Positions 1 through 11,967 of a stretch of 64,000 nucleotides of DNA are shown piece after piece (the first letter of the stretch is position 1; every line of letters begins with the position of its first letter). The notes under the pieces were generated by a model. That model did no database searches, was not told the origin of the DNA, and saw only the letters and a list, made by a program, of their open reading frames with translations. The stretch lies in NCBI RefSeq assembly GCF_963921235.1, contig NC_086108.1, positions 27,468,001 to 27,532,000 on the forward strand. Direction: 5' to 3'. The position numbers and the translations under genes are program-made. Source of the stretch: Mobula hypostoma. Its lineage: Eukaryota.

Positions 1-155
1 TCTAAATGGCCTACCACTTATTCTCAAATTGTGGCCTCTGGTTCTGGACTCCTCCAACATTTGAAACATGTTTCCTGCCTCTAGCGTGTCCAATCCCTTA
101 ATAATCTTATATGTTTCAAACAGATCCCCTCTCATCCTTCTAAATTCCAGTGTAT
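1..155 (-). mobile_element. CR1 LINE ORF2 3' fragment, cut by window edge
   Basis: Reverse complement resembles the LEFRRxRGDLxETYKIxKGLDxLxAGxxFPM..SRTRGHxLRI region of the young CR1 at 31300-31460. Confidence 0.85.
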
Positions 156-469
156 GAAATTGAGGGAGTGTGTGTCAGCATGATAAAGACATTCTCAGAG
201 AATGAATTCTACTGTGTACTAGACTTCTCCATTACAAGACCTACCAGTAGCAATTGTGGAGTGCCAGACAATCAGTCAAGAGAGAGTGGTTTCGGCTGTC
301 TTCAGTTTTGACTCCAACCCTGTGAAGAGTCTGGCCAAGGAAACAATTGATGACTACTACTTCCTCAACTGATAGATGACTAATCTTCCATGATTAGCTA
401 AGCAGCTGCAAGCTGCAAGAGCACAAGGTATAGTTAATTAAGGATGTCACAAGGAATGGCTCAGCACCA

Positions 470-812
470 AGTTGTATACGACAGAAACAGGCCCTTAGGC
501 CCACCATGTCTGACCATAGCCTTGGCAAATCAAGTTTCTCCTCAGGCTGTACATTCCAGATTCCAACCACTCTCTCTTGACAAAAATCCTCTATAAACCT
601 CCTCCATCTCACCATTTACCCACATTGTCTTAGCCTTTTCCCACCTTTCAACACAGGGAAACGATTCTTAGCATCTACCCTATCTATCTCCCTCATAATT
701 TTGTATATCTCTCTCAGATTACCCCTCAGACTCATCTGCTCCAGAGAAAACAAACACAGCCTTTCCAAATTTTCTGTGCAATTAAAATGCCATATACCAG
801 GCATCAATCTTC
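470..812 (-). mobile_element. Decayed CR1 3' end
   Basis: Minus-strand remnants ERVVGIWN and LRGNLREIYKIMREIDRVD; acagaaacaggccctt-type tail. Confidence 0.7.
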
Positions 813-814
813 TA

Positions 815-920
815 AGCAACATACGCAAAATGCTAGAACAGCTCATCAGGTCAGGCAGCATCTATGGAATGAATAAATAACAGTCGACATTTCAGGCTTG
901 AGACCCTTCTTCAGAACTAC
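815..920 (-). mobile_element. Penelope-like element (PLE) 3' terminal fragment with hammerhead-like core at 881-918
   Basis: Homologous to 3187-3290; minus strand reads agtt CTGAAGA agg..cct GAAA tgtc gactg. Confidence 0.75.
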
Positions 921-1669
921 TAAGTCTTCTCTGCATCAACTCCAATGCAATTGCATTTTTTTCTATGGTGTAATCATCAGAACTGAACTCAGAACTCCAC
1001 TTGCTGTCCACATCTAAACATGACCTCTCACCAATCAAGTGGTAACATGACACCCTAGCTCCTATACTATGTGTCATTAGTGTCCTTCACCATTTTCTCC
1101 ACTTCTGTTTTTATGGAGATGAATCTTGACGAAAATCTTTTTTATTGCATTGTCACTGTGTTGAAATGAATAGATTCAGAACAAACATGACACTCCCAAA
1201 GTAGTCTTCATAAGGAACAGTAACCCACCAAGAACATCAAAATTGTATTCTACACGACCTGTGACCTCATGCCTCCCTCTTATTATTCACTCCACCATTA
1301 AGATCGATACAGGCAATCCACTTGGCTTAACAATGAGAATAACAAAATATTGCAGAAATAACGCCACACTCTGGAAATGAAAAATCAACTTGATGAAGAC
1401 TAGACAAAGGGAGAAACATGTTATAAGCAGACCCTAAGTAAATACAGACAAAATTAATCAAATCAAAGCTCTGTTGCCCTGCCACATTCATTAGTGAATG
1501 AGGGCGGACGATTGAACAATCAAACAAGGAAAGTGAAGCTCTAAAAATTCTCCATGATGCCAGGGTCAATACAAATGTGTGAAAGACAAGGCTAAATTGT
1601 TTGCAATCTAGAGAATCCCCCCAAGTCTTCAACCAATTTGATTTACTTGATATGATATCAAAAAACAGC

Positions 1670-2075
1670 CAAGAGCAGTGGATATAGCAAAGGCAATGGG
1701 ATCAAAAAATATTTCACTGTATCACTAAAGACATGCTTTAAAGCCAGCTACACTTTCAGCTAAGCTGCTTCAATACAGAAGCTGTACTGGCTTCCACCTA
1801 ACAATGATAAAAGTTGCCAGTTGCATATCATGTCCAATAAAAGGATAAATTGAATCCCGTTAATTATCATCCATCACTGTACACTTAATCCAACAAAGTG
1901 ACAATACTACTTACTCACCGATGACCTGCTCACTGGTGCTAAGTCTGGGCTTTGCCAGCATCACTCAAACTGCAAGTCTTATTCCAACCCACATCCAAAC
2001 ACAATTAAATGTGCCAAATTCCAGAGGTGAGGAGGAAGTGACTGCCTTCACATTGAGCAGCCTTTGACATCACAA
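1670..2075 (+). mobile_element. Very decayed CR1/L2-type reverse transcriptase fragment
   Basis: Frameshifted remnants read approximately LKTC..AKLLQY..DKLNPVNYHP..DLLTGAKSGL..RGEEEVTAF..AAFD, resembling the NYRPISL..QFGF..AFD order of RT motifs. Confidence 0.6.
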
Positions 2076-2592
2076 GTCCTTGATAAAAAACCGTCTTGAT
2101 GGCATCAAAAGAAAATGCTCCTCTGACTCGTGGCCATGCTTTATACAATGACTGATAGTTATGATTGTAGCCAGCCAATCGACTTTCTTGTAAGGCATTG
2201 CTGCAACAGATAGTCGGGGTGCCCAACTCCTTTCAGCTGCTTCCATAAGGAACTTCCTCCATCAGAACAATTTCCTCACTATTTGCAGTTTCATTTATAA
2301 CTCCACTGTAAATGAAGCCATGTTGCTGCATTACAGGGACTATTTTTACAGACAAGTATGCAAGAAACACAAGAAATTCAGAGTAGCCCACCAAAGCCCT
2401 TAAATCTATCCCATCACTCAATAAGGTCATAACTGATCTATGCTGGCCTCACCTCCTAATCTTTGTGAATTGCCAATAGTCCTCAATTCCTTGATCTTTA
2501 AAATAATTGTATATCTCATTTATAAATGCTTCTGATTATCTAGGCTTCCATGTATAGATTGATTGTAAGTTGAACGGACACAACTCAGGCAT

Positions 2593-2725
2593 CGGACACT
2601 GTGAAAGAACTAACAGGTCGAAGTGTGCGAGATATCATTGACTCTGCGAGGGATCGTTCGATGTGGAGAGCCATGATCGCCCAAGTGTGTAATGCGCAAG
2701 GCACATGAAGAAGAAGAAGAAGAAG
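2593..2725 (+). mobile_element. RTE-clade LINE 3' end with (GAA)n tail
   Basis: ARDRSMWRAMIAQV..QGT* followed by (gaa)6; same terminal pattern as the RTE ending at 33884. Confidence 0.7.
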
Positions 2726-3249
2726 GTTGAGACCTGGGGAATATTGTAGGACTGGGGTCTAGGAACCTAGGAGTACAAGTACTTAGTTTCCTGAAAGTGA
2801 CACATAGACAGGATAGTGAAGAAGGTTTTTGGTGCACTGGCCTTCATTAGTCAGAGTATTACGTATAGGAAGTGGGGTGCTATGTTGCAGTTGTACAAGA
2901 TACTGCTGAGGCCCCACCTGGGGTATTGTGTATAGTTTTGGTTACCCTGTTATAGGAAAGACATCATTATGCTGGAAATAATGTAAAACACATTTACAAA
3001 AAAAGATGCCAAGATTTGAGGGCCTGAGTTAAAGGGAGAAGTTGGATAGGCAAGGACTTTATTCCTTGGAGTGCAGGAAACTATGGGTGACCTTACAGAG
3101 GTGTATAAAATCACGAGGGTCATAGGTAGGGTGAGTATGCATTTTTTTTAGGGAAAGGGAGTCAAAAACCAGAAGACATGGGTTTAAGCAACACACATCA
3201 AAGTTGCTGGTGAACGCAGCAGGCCAGGCAGCATCTCTAGGAAGAGGTG

Positions 3250-3287
3250 CAGTCGACGTTTCAGGCCGAGACCCTTCGTCAGGACTA
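3250..3287 (-). ncRNA. Minimal type-I hammerhead ribozyme, PLE type
   Basis: Minus strand: uaguc CUGACGA agg-gucucgg-ccu GAAA C GUC gacug; helix I uaguc/gacug, helix II agg/ccu, palindromic ACGU for a dimeric helix III, GUC cleavage triplet. Confidence 0.8.
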
Positions 3288-3766
3288 ACTGAAGGAAGAG
3301 TGAGTAAGAGATATGAAAGTTGGAGGGGGAGGGGGAGATCCAAAATGATAGGAGAAGACAGGAGGGGGAGGGATGGAGCCAAGAGCTGGACAGGTGATTG
3401 GCAAAAGGGATACGAGAGGATCATGGGACAGGAGGTCAGAGAAGAAAGACAAGGCGGTGGGGGGGGGGGAACCCAGAGGATGGGCAAGGGGTATATTCAG
3501 AGGGACAAAGGGAGAAAAAGGAGAGTGAGAGAAAGAATGTGTGTTTAAAATAAATAATAGTTGGTGTACGATGGGGAGGTGGGGCATTAGTGGAAGTTAG
3601 AGAAGTCAATGTTCATGCCATCCTGTCCCATGATCCTCTCGTATCCCTTTTGGCAATCACCTGTCCAGCTCTTGGCTCCATCCCTCCCCCTCCTGTCTTG
3701 TCCTATCATTTTGGATCTCCTCCTCCCCCTCCAACTTTCATATCTCTTACTCACTCTTCCTTCAGT

Positions 3767-3804
3767 TAGTCCTGACGAAGAGTCTCGGCCTGAAACGTCG
3801 ACTG
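3767..3804 (+). ncRNA. Minimal type-I hammerhead ribozyme, inverted copy with one helix II mismatch
   Basis: tagtc CTGACGA(3772-3778) aga-gtctcgg-cct GAAA(3792-3795) c GTC gactg. Confidence 0.72.
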
Positions 3805-4554
3805 TACCTCTTCCTAGAGATGCTGCCTGGCCTGCTGCGTTCACCAGCAACTTTGATGTGTGTTGCTGAGACATGGGTTTAAGGTGAGAGAGGAAAGAGT
3901 TAAAAGGAACAGGAAGACAACCTTTTTTGTGTAAAGATGGTGCATGATATGAAACAACTGGTGGAGGAAGAAAGAGCTTAAGGCAGTTGCAATACAACAT
4001 TTAAAAGACAGTTGGTCAGATACATAGACAGGAAAGATTTAGAGGGACATGGGCCCAACAAGGACAAATAGGACTAGTTTAGATGGGCATGTTTGTCAGC
4101 ACGGGCAAATTGGGCCTGAGGGCCTGTTTCTGTGCTGTCTCGTCCTATGACTCCATGACCTACAATGCACTGGTGGTAGACCTGTGGAAACAGATTCAAT
4201 AAATGCCAATGAAAGGGATACAGACTTGAGAGAGATAAGTTGCACAGCCTAAGGAATAGGACTGATAAGAAACCAGAAGAGACTTCATAAGCAAAGTGGT
4301 CTTATATGTTGTAGCAATGCTACAATTCTGTGAACAAACAAGGGCTGATCAGGCATTGCATTCCCAGCAAAGTCTAACTAAAATATGGCCCACAATCTCT
4401 CAGCAAAACAGGCCAGTAATTGGAATCTCAGGAAGTATTTAATGGGATCAAAGATCCTGGTGGACTTCAGGTATTGTGAAGTACCAAAAAGATGTTAAAA
4501 TACTAGTGGAGAAAAAAAGAAATGTTATAGAAGGAGAATTGAAGTTCAATTTGA

Positions 4555-5020
4555 TCATAAGGCCATACGATACAGAAGTACAATTAGGCCATTTGGCACA
4601 TTGAATCTGCTCCACCAATCAACCACAGCTGATTATTTTGCACTCAGCTCCATTCTCCTACCTTCTCCCTGTGACTATTAAACTCTTTGTCAACCAAGAA
4701 ATGATTAATCATTGCCTCAGATGCACCCAATGACTTGGCCTCCACAACCTCTGAGACAACAAATTCTATGGATTTGCTACCCTCTAGCCAAAGAAAATCC
4801 TCCTCATCTCAGTTCTGAAGGGATGTCCATTTATCCTGACGCTGTGTCCTCGGATCCAACACTCTCCTAATAATGGAAACATCCTCTCTACATCGAATCT
4901 TTCCAAACCTTTTTAATATCCAGTAAGTTTCAATGATATAACCCATGTCCTTTAGACCTCCAAGGAGTACAGGCCCAGAACCGTCAAATGCTACTCATGA
5001 GTTAAATGTTTCATTAAAAA
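4555..5020 (-). mobile_element. Decayed CR1 3' end
   Basis: cataaggccatacgatacag tail and reverse-complement similarity to the CR1 3' ends at 31300-31730 and 40100-40530. Confidence 0.75.
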
Positions 5021-5149
5021 GGCTTAAACTATCTTTCTTCAATAGCAGTGGCTTCTTTAAAATTCTTGTACACAGCTCAACCACTGAAATAATCGGCACT
5101 ATATCTTGAGCCTGGAAAAGAAGCAGCTCTTAACTTACAAGGGAATCTG

Positions 5150-5408
5150 AAATCATTCCACCGAGATGCAGCACTGAACGTCATAGGAAGTCATTCCTGC
5201 CTGTGGCCATCAAACTTTACAACTCCTCCCTTGGAGGGTCAGACACCCTGAGCCAATAGGCTGGTCCTGGACTTAGTTCATAATTTACTGGCATAATTTA
5301 CATATTACTATTTAACTATTTATGGTTCTATAACTATTTATTATTTATGGAGCAACTGTAACAAAAACCAATTTCCCCTGGGATTAATAAAGTATGACTA
5401 TGACTATG
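5150..5408 (+). mobile_element. Rex1/Babar LINE 3' end
   Basis: PRCSTERHRKSFLPVAIKLYN, then ttaataaagta and a (tatgac)n tail. Confidence 0.85.
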
Positions 5409-5877
5409 AAAATCTTTTACTATGGCCAGGAATGCAGAGTTCATTCAGAATAAAAGTCTGAACTGGAATGAAATCTTCAAAGTGTTACCACTCAAGAGGT
5501 TAAAACATAGTTCAGAGGCCTCATAACGTACAAATGGAATTTCATATCAACTGAAACAAAGCAGGGAACATGCCAGGATTGGCAAGAGCCAGCTGGTGGG
5601 GTGGAAGGAAAGTTGGTTCAGTGATGGATTATCTAAGGAATGACAGTCAGTTCGAAGGATTGCCGAGGAGAGTCCTGTAGCACAGGCTGTGGTATGAATA
5701 TCCAGAATACAATAGATTCATATCACGACTCCTGGCTGCATGGGTTATTTTATGGTTGCTTGCCTTTGGAAATGTAAAATCTGCAACGCGTTGACAAATG
5801 AAGAGCTAAAGCTGGTAGCGTTCCACTGAGAACATGTCCATCAACTGATGATGTGGCAGTAACACAAATAGTGCTTT

Positions 5878-6430
5878 CATAGAGTCATAGAACACTGCAG
5901 CACAGAAACAAGCTCTTCAGCCCATCTAGTGCATGCCAGACTGTCACTCTGCCTGGACCCATCGACCTGCATCTGGATGACAGCCCTCCATACCCCTCTC
6001 ATGTATGTACCTATCCAAATTTCTCCTAAATGTTGCTATCAAACCCACATCCACCAGTTCCACTGGCATCTTGTTCCACACTCACATCACCCTCTGTGTG
6101 AAGAAGTTCCCCCTCAGGTTCCCTTTAAATATTTCATCTTTCACCCTTAATAGATGACCTCTAGCTCTAGTCTCACTGAACCTCAGTGGAAAAAGCCTGC
6201 TTACATTTGCCCTATCTACTGTACACCAGTCATGCTTTTGTTTACCTCCAGCAAATCTCCCCTCATACTTTACGCTCCAAGGAATAAAGTCCAAACCTAT
6301 TCAACCTTTCCCTATTACTGAGATCCTCAAGTCCCAGCAGCATCGTTGTAAATTTTCTCTGTACTCCTTCAATCTTATTGATATCCTTCCTGTAAGCAGG
6401 TGACCAGAACTGCACACAATACTCCAATGT
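5878..6430 (-). mobile_element. CR1 3' fragment
   Basis: ORF track: LEYCVQFWSPAYRKDINKIEGVQRKFT and RARGHLLRVKDEIFKGNLRGNFFTQRV. Confidence 0.88.
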
Positions 6431-6617
6431 TTCAGCAGGGTGTCCGCTCCAACACAACATCCCAACGCGCAGCTCCTGTGCGATACGATTTATCTGATAT
6501 TTGCACAGTCCAGAATCCCAAAGGCTGATTTGAAATGGATGGCATCAACCCAAGGGAAAGAATAAATATTTGCTGAATATTTGGACAGTGACTCTGAAAA
6601 TAAGATTATGTTAACTA

Positions 6618-7153
6618 CAGTACTGTGTAAAAGTCTTAGCCACGTATATACAGCCAGGGTGCCAGAGACTTTTCTACAGCATTGTAGTAATTTTATATAC
6701 TGCATTGTTCTGCTGCAGCAAGAAAAAAAGAACAAATTTCATAACATAAGAAAGTGATGATAAATCTGATTCTGATATTTGTCTCTTTTGTGGATTGAGA
6801 GTGGGAAGGGGGTAGGGAGAGGGGAATCATAGTTGGGAAAAGGCAAAGGGAGAGGGAAAGGAGCAGGAAACACCAAAGAGACATTCTAATAATGATTAAT
6901 AAACCAGTTGTTTAGAATCAAGTTACCTTGCGTGGTGTCTCAGGGCTGGGTGTGTCTGCAATTGCACCACCCTCCAACCTGCCACCTGTCTCACACCTCT
7001 CCCATGTTGCTCAGCTTCATTCCCAACATCCTTTGCTCCCACCAGATTTACAAACTTGTTCTCAACTCCATACGTATTGACTAATACAGTACTGTGCAAA
7101 AGTCTTAGGCACCCGAGCTATTTATATGTGACTAAGACTTCTGCACATTGCTG
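6618..7153 (+). mobile_element. Tc1/mariner-type MITE with self-palindromic ends, copy 1 of 4
   Basis: cagtactgtgcaaaagtcttaggcac-type TIR pairs at both ends, TA on both flanks; interior colinear with 8404-9032, 22435-22985 and 44675-45209. Confidence 0.85.
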
Positions 7154-8403
7154 TACATAGGTGATGCAGGACAAGAACACACACGTCTCCAGAGTACAGC
7201 TGGATTTCAAAGGATCTGCAGCTTTTGAGATGGTAAAATGGGCTGCTTTGTTAAGACTTGCTTTCGAAGCCTTTTCAATTCAAACTGCAGTGTTTCACCC
7301 GCCTTCCATTCTTATAACTGAGATTGACAAGCGGAACAATTGATTTGCATGAACATTACCATCTCATTTGCATGAATATTTCCAGCATTGTCATTTCCCA
7401 TGCTCTCTGCCTGTCTTTGCTTGTGCTGGTTGACCTTAATTACGTTGCTGTCTCCAAGATTCCTCAAAATATCTGGCAGAAAGATCCCCCTGGGATTCAA
7501 TCCAAACCCCGCCTGGCCATTCCCAATACAAACAAGGGCAAATTCCTGACAAGTTGCCACACTTTCCAAAGGAAACCCTTGCAGATGTTAGGAGAGTCCC
7601 AGAAACCACCACGTTCCACTGCAGGTAAACTTTGAGTGATTCCTTCAAATTACAACATTCCTTCCCAGGTACCACCCCAACCCCTCCACTAATTCTGATG
7701 CATTCCTCTGAGGCTCCTTGTAAGTATTAGTATGTTGCTGAGGAACATTTGTTCTAATTGGCAAAATATAGCAACAGCTAACTGTAGCAAAAAATATCAT
7801 GTTAAAGCTAAAAATTCATTATCTGACATTTTACAGCAAAAATCATGTGATGGTAGACTAGCTGAAGAGGAATTTTAATTCTATCATTTTTTATTGCTGC
7901 CCCAGTATCAGCTGCTCTCAGGTTAGCGGACAGGGCTTTGTGTTTCATACAAAGGAGCTAGTAATAATGTTGAGTATGAATGGAACCATTCAGCAAGAGA
8001 GATACGGTGAGTGGAATGAGGGTGTTGTCAAGTCAAGCAAGTCTAGGTAGTCTGGGGTTTGCATCCCTCAGAGTTCAGAAGAATGAGGGTGGCCTTATAC
8101 AAACCTATAAGATCCTCGGGGGCTTGAGATGGTAGATGCTAAGATGTTCTCACTAGTGAGAGAGTAACAGAGTCACAAACAAAGGGACACAGGCACAAAA
8201 TAAGGAGCTGGTCATTTAAAACAGAGGTGAGTAGAAAACACAAAATGCTGGAGGAACTCAGCTGATCAGGCAGCATCTGTGGAAAGGAATAAAGAGTTGA
8301 TGTTTCAGCCGAGACCCTTCAGTGAACCTCTGGAACTCTTTGCTCCTTAAAGTGATGGGGGGGGGGCGCAGATCATTAGATGTAAGTAATGTGGAGAAAG
8401 GTA

Positions 8404-8898
8404 TAGTATTATACAAAAGTCTTAGGCAATTGTATATAGATAGGTTACCTAAGACTTTTGCACAGTACTGTAATAATTTTATGTATTGCACTGTACAGCT
8501 GCCACAAAAAAACAAATTTTATGTTAGCTGTGAATGATGATAAGCCTAATTCTGAAATGGATTTCTATTGTGGTCTGAGAGTGGGAAGGGGGCAGGGAGG
8601 GGTATCATTGTTGGAGAAAGGGGAAAGGAGAGGTGAGGAAGTGGGAAGCACCAAAGGCATTCTGTAAAGATCAATAAAGCAGTTGTTTGGAATCAAGCTA
8701 CCTTGCTGGGTGTCTCATGATGGGTGTGTCTGCATCCGTGCCAACCTTCCACCCCGGCACTCCTTCTCCATCACCTGTCTCACATCCATCCCATGGCGCT
8801 CCACCCTCACCATTCCCAACATCCTCTTGCTTGCTTACAAACTCGCTCTACACTCCACATTGACAGATTCAGTACTCTGCAAAAGTCTTTGGCATCCC

Positions 8899-8996
<98 letters not shown>

Positions 8997-9032
8997 CAGT
9001 GTGTGTGCGTCTAAGACTTTTGCACAACTCTA
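8404..9032 (+). mobile_element. Tc1/mariner-type MITE, copy 2
   Basis: Same TIRs and interior as copy 1; TA on both flanks. Confidence 0.85.
8901..8995. repeat. Compound microsatellite (CT)n(AT)n(GT)n
   Basis: Directly visible; lies in the spacer of the right terminal palindrome of MITE copy 2. Confidence 0.98.
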
Positions 9033-9553
9033 TACATATTTGATGATTAAGGCATTGTGAATGATGGGGAACTGGCACAGAAGAGGAGTCGAGGGCCAAC
9101 ATTGATCAACAATGATCATATTGAATTGTGGGGAAGGACAGAATAGCTGTGTGACCTACTTCCACTCCAGTTTTCTTGGGAGGACATGAGATGTATCAAT
9201 GCTGCATTCTGTTGGAGTGTGTCCATGTTGCTATGGTAAATGTCTTCACTCAGAGGAACTTTGACACAGTTTTTGACCTATTTCCTTCTACGTTTCACCT
9301 GTCTCCACCACATTGTCAGTGAATCATTTTGGAAAAGTGCAAACTGTGAACAACTTTGATCCTACTAACTTTGCAGTTAAGTGTTGGGAAGTTGGGTGTG
9401 GATTATTTTCAGCATCTAAAACTTTATTTGGAATGACTTCGTATTCTTCACAAGGCCTTTGGCACAACTAGCAATGTGGCTCAATCATGCTGGTTGAAGT
9501 TTTAGTCTGTCCTAATCTTTCATAGCCTTAAACTTTAAAGCATATGGAACTGC

Positions 9554-9745
9554 AAACACGAGGAAATTTGCAGATGCTGGAATTTCAAGCAACACACATA
9601 AAAGTTGCTGGTGAATGCAGCAGGCCAGGCAGCATCTCTAGGAAGAAGGATCCTGACAAAGGGTCTCAGCCCGAAACGTCGACTGTACCTCTTCCTAGAG
9701 ATGCTGCCTGGCCTGCTGCGTTCACCAGCAACATTTATGTGTGTT
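9554..9745. mobile_element. Short palindromic PLE-derived element with a degenerate hammerhead in the loop
   Basis: Inverted arms about 9589-9646 and 9690-9747; loop contains ctgacaa agg..ccc GAAA cgtc gactg; duplication gcatatggaa(c/t)tgc at 9540-9553 and 9746-9759. Confidence 0.85.
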
Positions 9746-10608
9746 GCATATGGAATTGCCATGTGTTTGCAAAAGGACCCGCTTTGACTCTGGTCTGATC
9801 TGTTCTGTTAGAGTAGTTTGAATGTACCTTCATATATTTCTCTGGAGTAAAGTTGTGAATTTGAAATGACAGCAGTGAAATCAATCTGTGTTGAGCTGTC
9901 AGTTAGTCCATCCATCTTTAAAATTTGACTGTTCTCATTACTTGCTACAATGGTAGGTAGCAAGATTGCCACTCATCCAATTTGCAAAAGAGGACAATCA
10001 CACAAATATTAAAAAAAAGAAAACAAAAACACATGAAGCATTAACTGCAGAGTCCCTGAAAGTGAGTCCACAACTGCGGAGCCCGTTCAGCACTGAGACG
10101 AGTGAAGCTCGTCCAGGAGCCTAATGGCTGCAGGGAAACCACTGTTCTCAAACCTGGCAATGTGGGACACGAGGTTCTTGCACCTCCCACCCAACTGTTG
10201 TAGCGAGAAGAGAGAGAGACAGACCAATCAACAGCAGGCAGACAGTGCTGAACACTTGTTCATTTTCTACTCTCATCAACAACGATTTTAATCTTTCTTG
10301 ACGCTATAATTGGTGCGGAGTAATGGAGCCAACCTCGGATTCATATTCCATTATCAGGCCTCGACACTGTATCCACCCCCTGAGATGGCCATATCTGCAA
10401 TCTCGAAAGTCTACTTCACCAAGTCCCCTAGGAGATCGCAAGCCTACCAAATCACTTAGGGTTCAAAACTGCATCCATAAAATGGAAATTAGAGGCTACA
10501 GACTGCAGCGATTGCAGTTCAGAGGACCGGGGAATTAATATAGTTCACATAGATGTCATACAGATTTGAAAGGGATGATGGCAAAACAGGCCAATAGCAG
10601 ACATGGTA

Positions 10609-10792
10609 CAGGGATAGGCAACCTTAAGCACAGATTATTTTCTAGCATGCGCTATTCATTAATTTGAGGCAAAACATAACCAGATGTTTTTAAATGGATA
10701 CATTTCAAGTTTTTTATGGCATTTATCCGGCCCACCTTCCGCTCATTAATACGCGATCCGGCCCACAGAGGCAAAAAGGTTGCGGACCCCTG
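10609..10792. mobile_element. hAT/Charlie-like MITE
   Basis: Imperfect TIRs cagggataggcaacct / aggttgcggacccctg; two internal atccggcccac motifs; no TSD seen. Confidence 0.5.
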
Positions 10793-11967
10793 GAAGAAAC
10801 AGGGTAGTACTTACATTGTACTTTCGATTATAATGGAAATCCAGTGCCGGCAGATAAGAAGAAATTTAGCTTTAATGGAGGAGAGTTGATCATAGATAAG
10901 CAAACTCATAACGGAAAGATGTCCATAAATTAGAGCACTCATCTGCAGGGAAAATATGGGAAATGTCTCTTTGGTAAAGGAAGGCAAAGTCCCATCTGTC
11001 AAGGAGTTAGAGGAAACCCCTGTGGTGATATAGCAAAGATCAAATACTGTGAATAAAAGTGGAATAGTTACAAAATTGTGAAATCCACACGTAACTCATG
11101 TGAAATGAATGGGTCAGTGAAGGATCGTTGAGCTCTCATTTAAAGTGCTCCTCAGTGTACACTGTAACGGGACCTGAATAATCCAATTTGTTTGAAAAAC
11201 TCACCACTGCTGTACGTGAGATTTTCTTTGTGTGTGGTCCTGAAGTGTGTGATAATTAAGAGGGCAATTGGGTCCTTGGTGAAAGCAGATTCAGGGTGCA
11301 CAGCTCAAAATACACACAAGTTCCCCTGGCCAATTGTTAGTTCCTTTCTGAAGCACATAAACAAAGCTTGCCATTGGATGGACCTTAAACAGTTCAGTTA
11401 TCTGAATTGCAGTATTTTAGTTCCCTCCGGCCTGTTCTCATCAAACAGTACACCCCAAGAGAATCTGCCACAAAAACAGTCACAGGCTTTTAGACACGTT
11501 AAACTGCACTTGGCAATTTCAAATTAGTAGGAGCTCCTGAAAGTATTCTTTTTGTATAATTATCTTGCTTACAATATGTTCTTATGCAATGGCACTTAGT
11601 GGAACCAAAGAACACTCGAACTGAAAACTGCGGTGCCAGAGATTGGCTTCAACACGTGGACTGAATGAAATAGCTTTTGAAAGGCATAAACAATTGAATT
11701 GTTGAGACTGCACTCCATCTGGTTTCTGTATTAAGGAGACATAGTGAAAGGTACAAAAATTGGAAGAGATGCAGTGAGGGCAAATCGGAAGAAATGCAGT
11801 GAGCACACTTCCATCAAGAATGTTACAATGAGAGGCACATTGTATCAGGATTGTGGTATGAAGGGCCCAGCATTACTAGGAGTTTCATTGAGGAGACAAG
11901 TGTGCCAGGGTTTTATACAGTAGGACATTGCATATCAGGAATGTCATTCAACAAGCCTACTATCTCA

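Larger units (their letters stand above)
3187..3867 (-). mobile_element. Non-autonomous Penelope-like element: 3' end plus inverted copy, 247 bp inverted arms, 15 bp TSD
   Basis: Arms 3187-3433 and 3621-3867 are near-perfect reverse complements; minus strand 3623-3587 encodes DGMNIDFSNFH*, which I recognise as a PLE ORF C-terminus; agacatgggtttaag duplicated at 3174-3188 and 3869-3883. Confidence 0.9.
2730..4157 (+). mobile_element. CR1 3' fragment interrupted by the PLE-derived insertion at 3187-3867
   Basis: MLQLYKILLRPHLGYCV..PCYRKD before the insertion; reading resumes after 3868 at HGFKVR; ctatgactccatgac tail. Confidence 0.85.
8040..9180 (+). mobile_element. Decayed CR1 3' end hosting a PLE fragment (about 8236-8320) and MITE copy 2
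   Basis: EFRRMRVALYKPIRS, then VNLWNSL after the PLE piece; CR1 3' UTR resumes after 9034. Confidence 0.7.

Noticed and set aside
3059..4000. Four overlapping ORFs of 86-142 aa with mirrored peptides
   Set aside because: Produced by the inverted repeat and purine/pyrimidine bias; only DGMNIDFSNFH* is a real coding remnant
7343..7376. Immunoglobulin promoter suggested by octamers
   Set aside because: No leader exon, V segment or recombination signal heptamer-nonamer pair seen nearby
8683..9102. ORFs with SLSL, CVCV and HTHT runs
   Set aside because: Translations of the microsatellite
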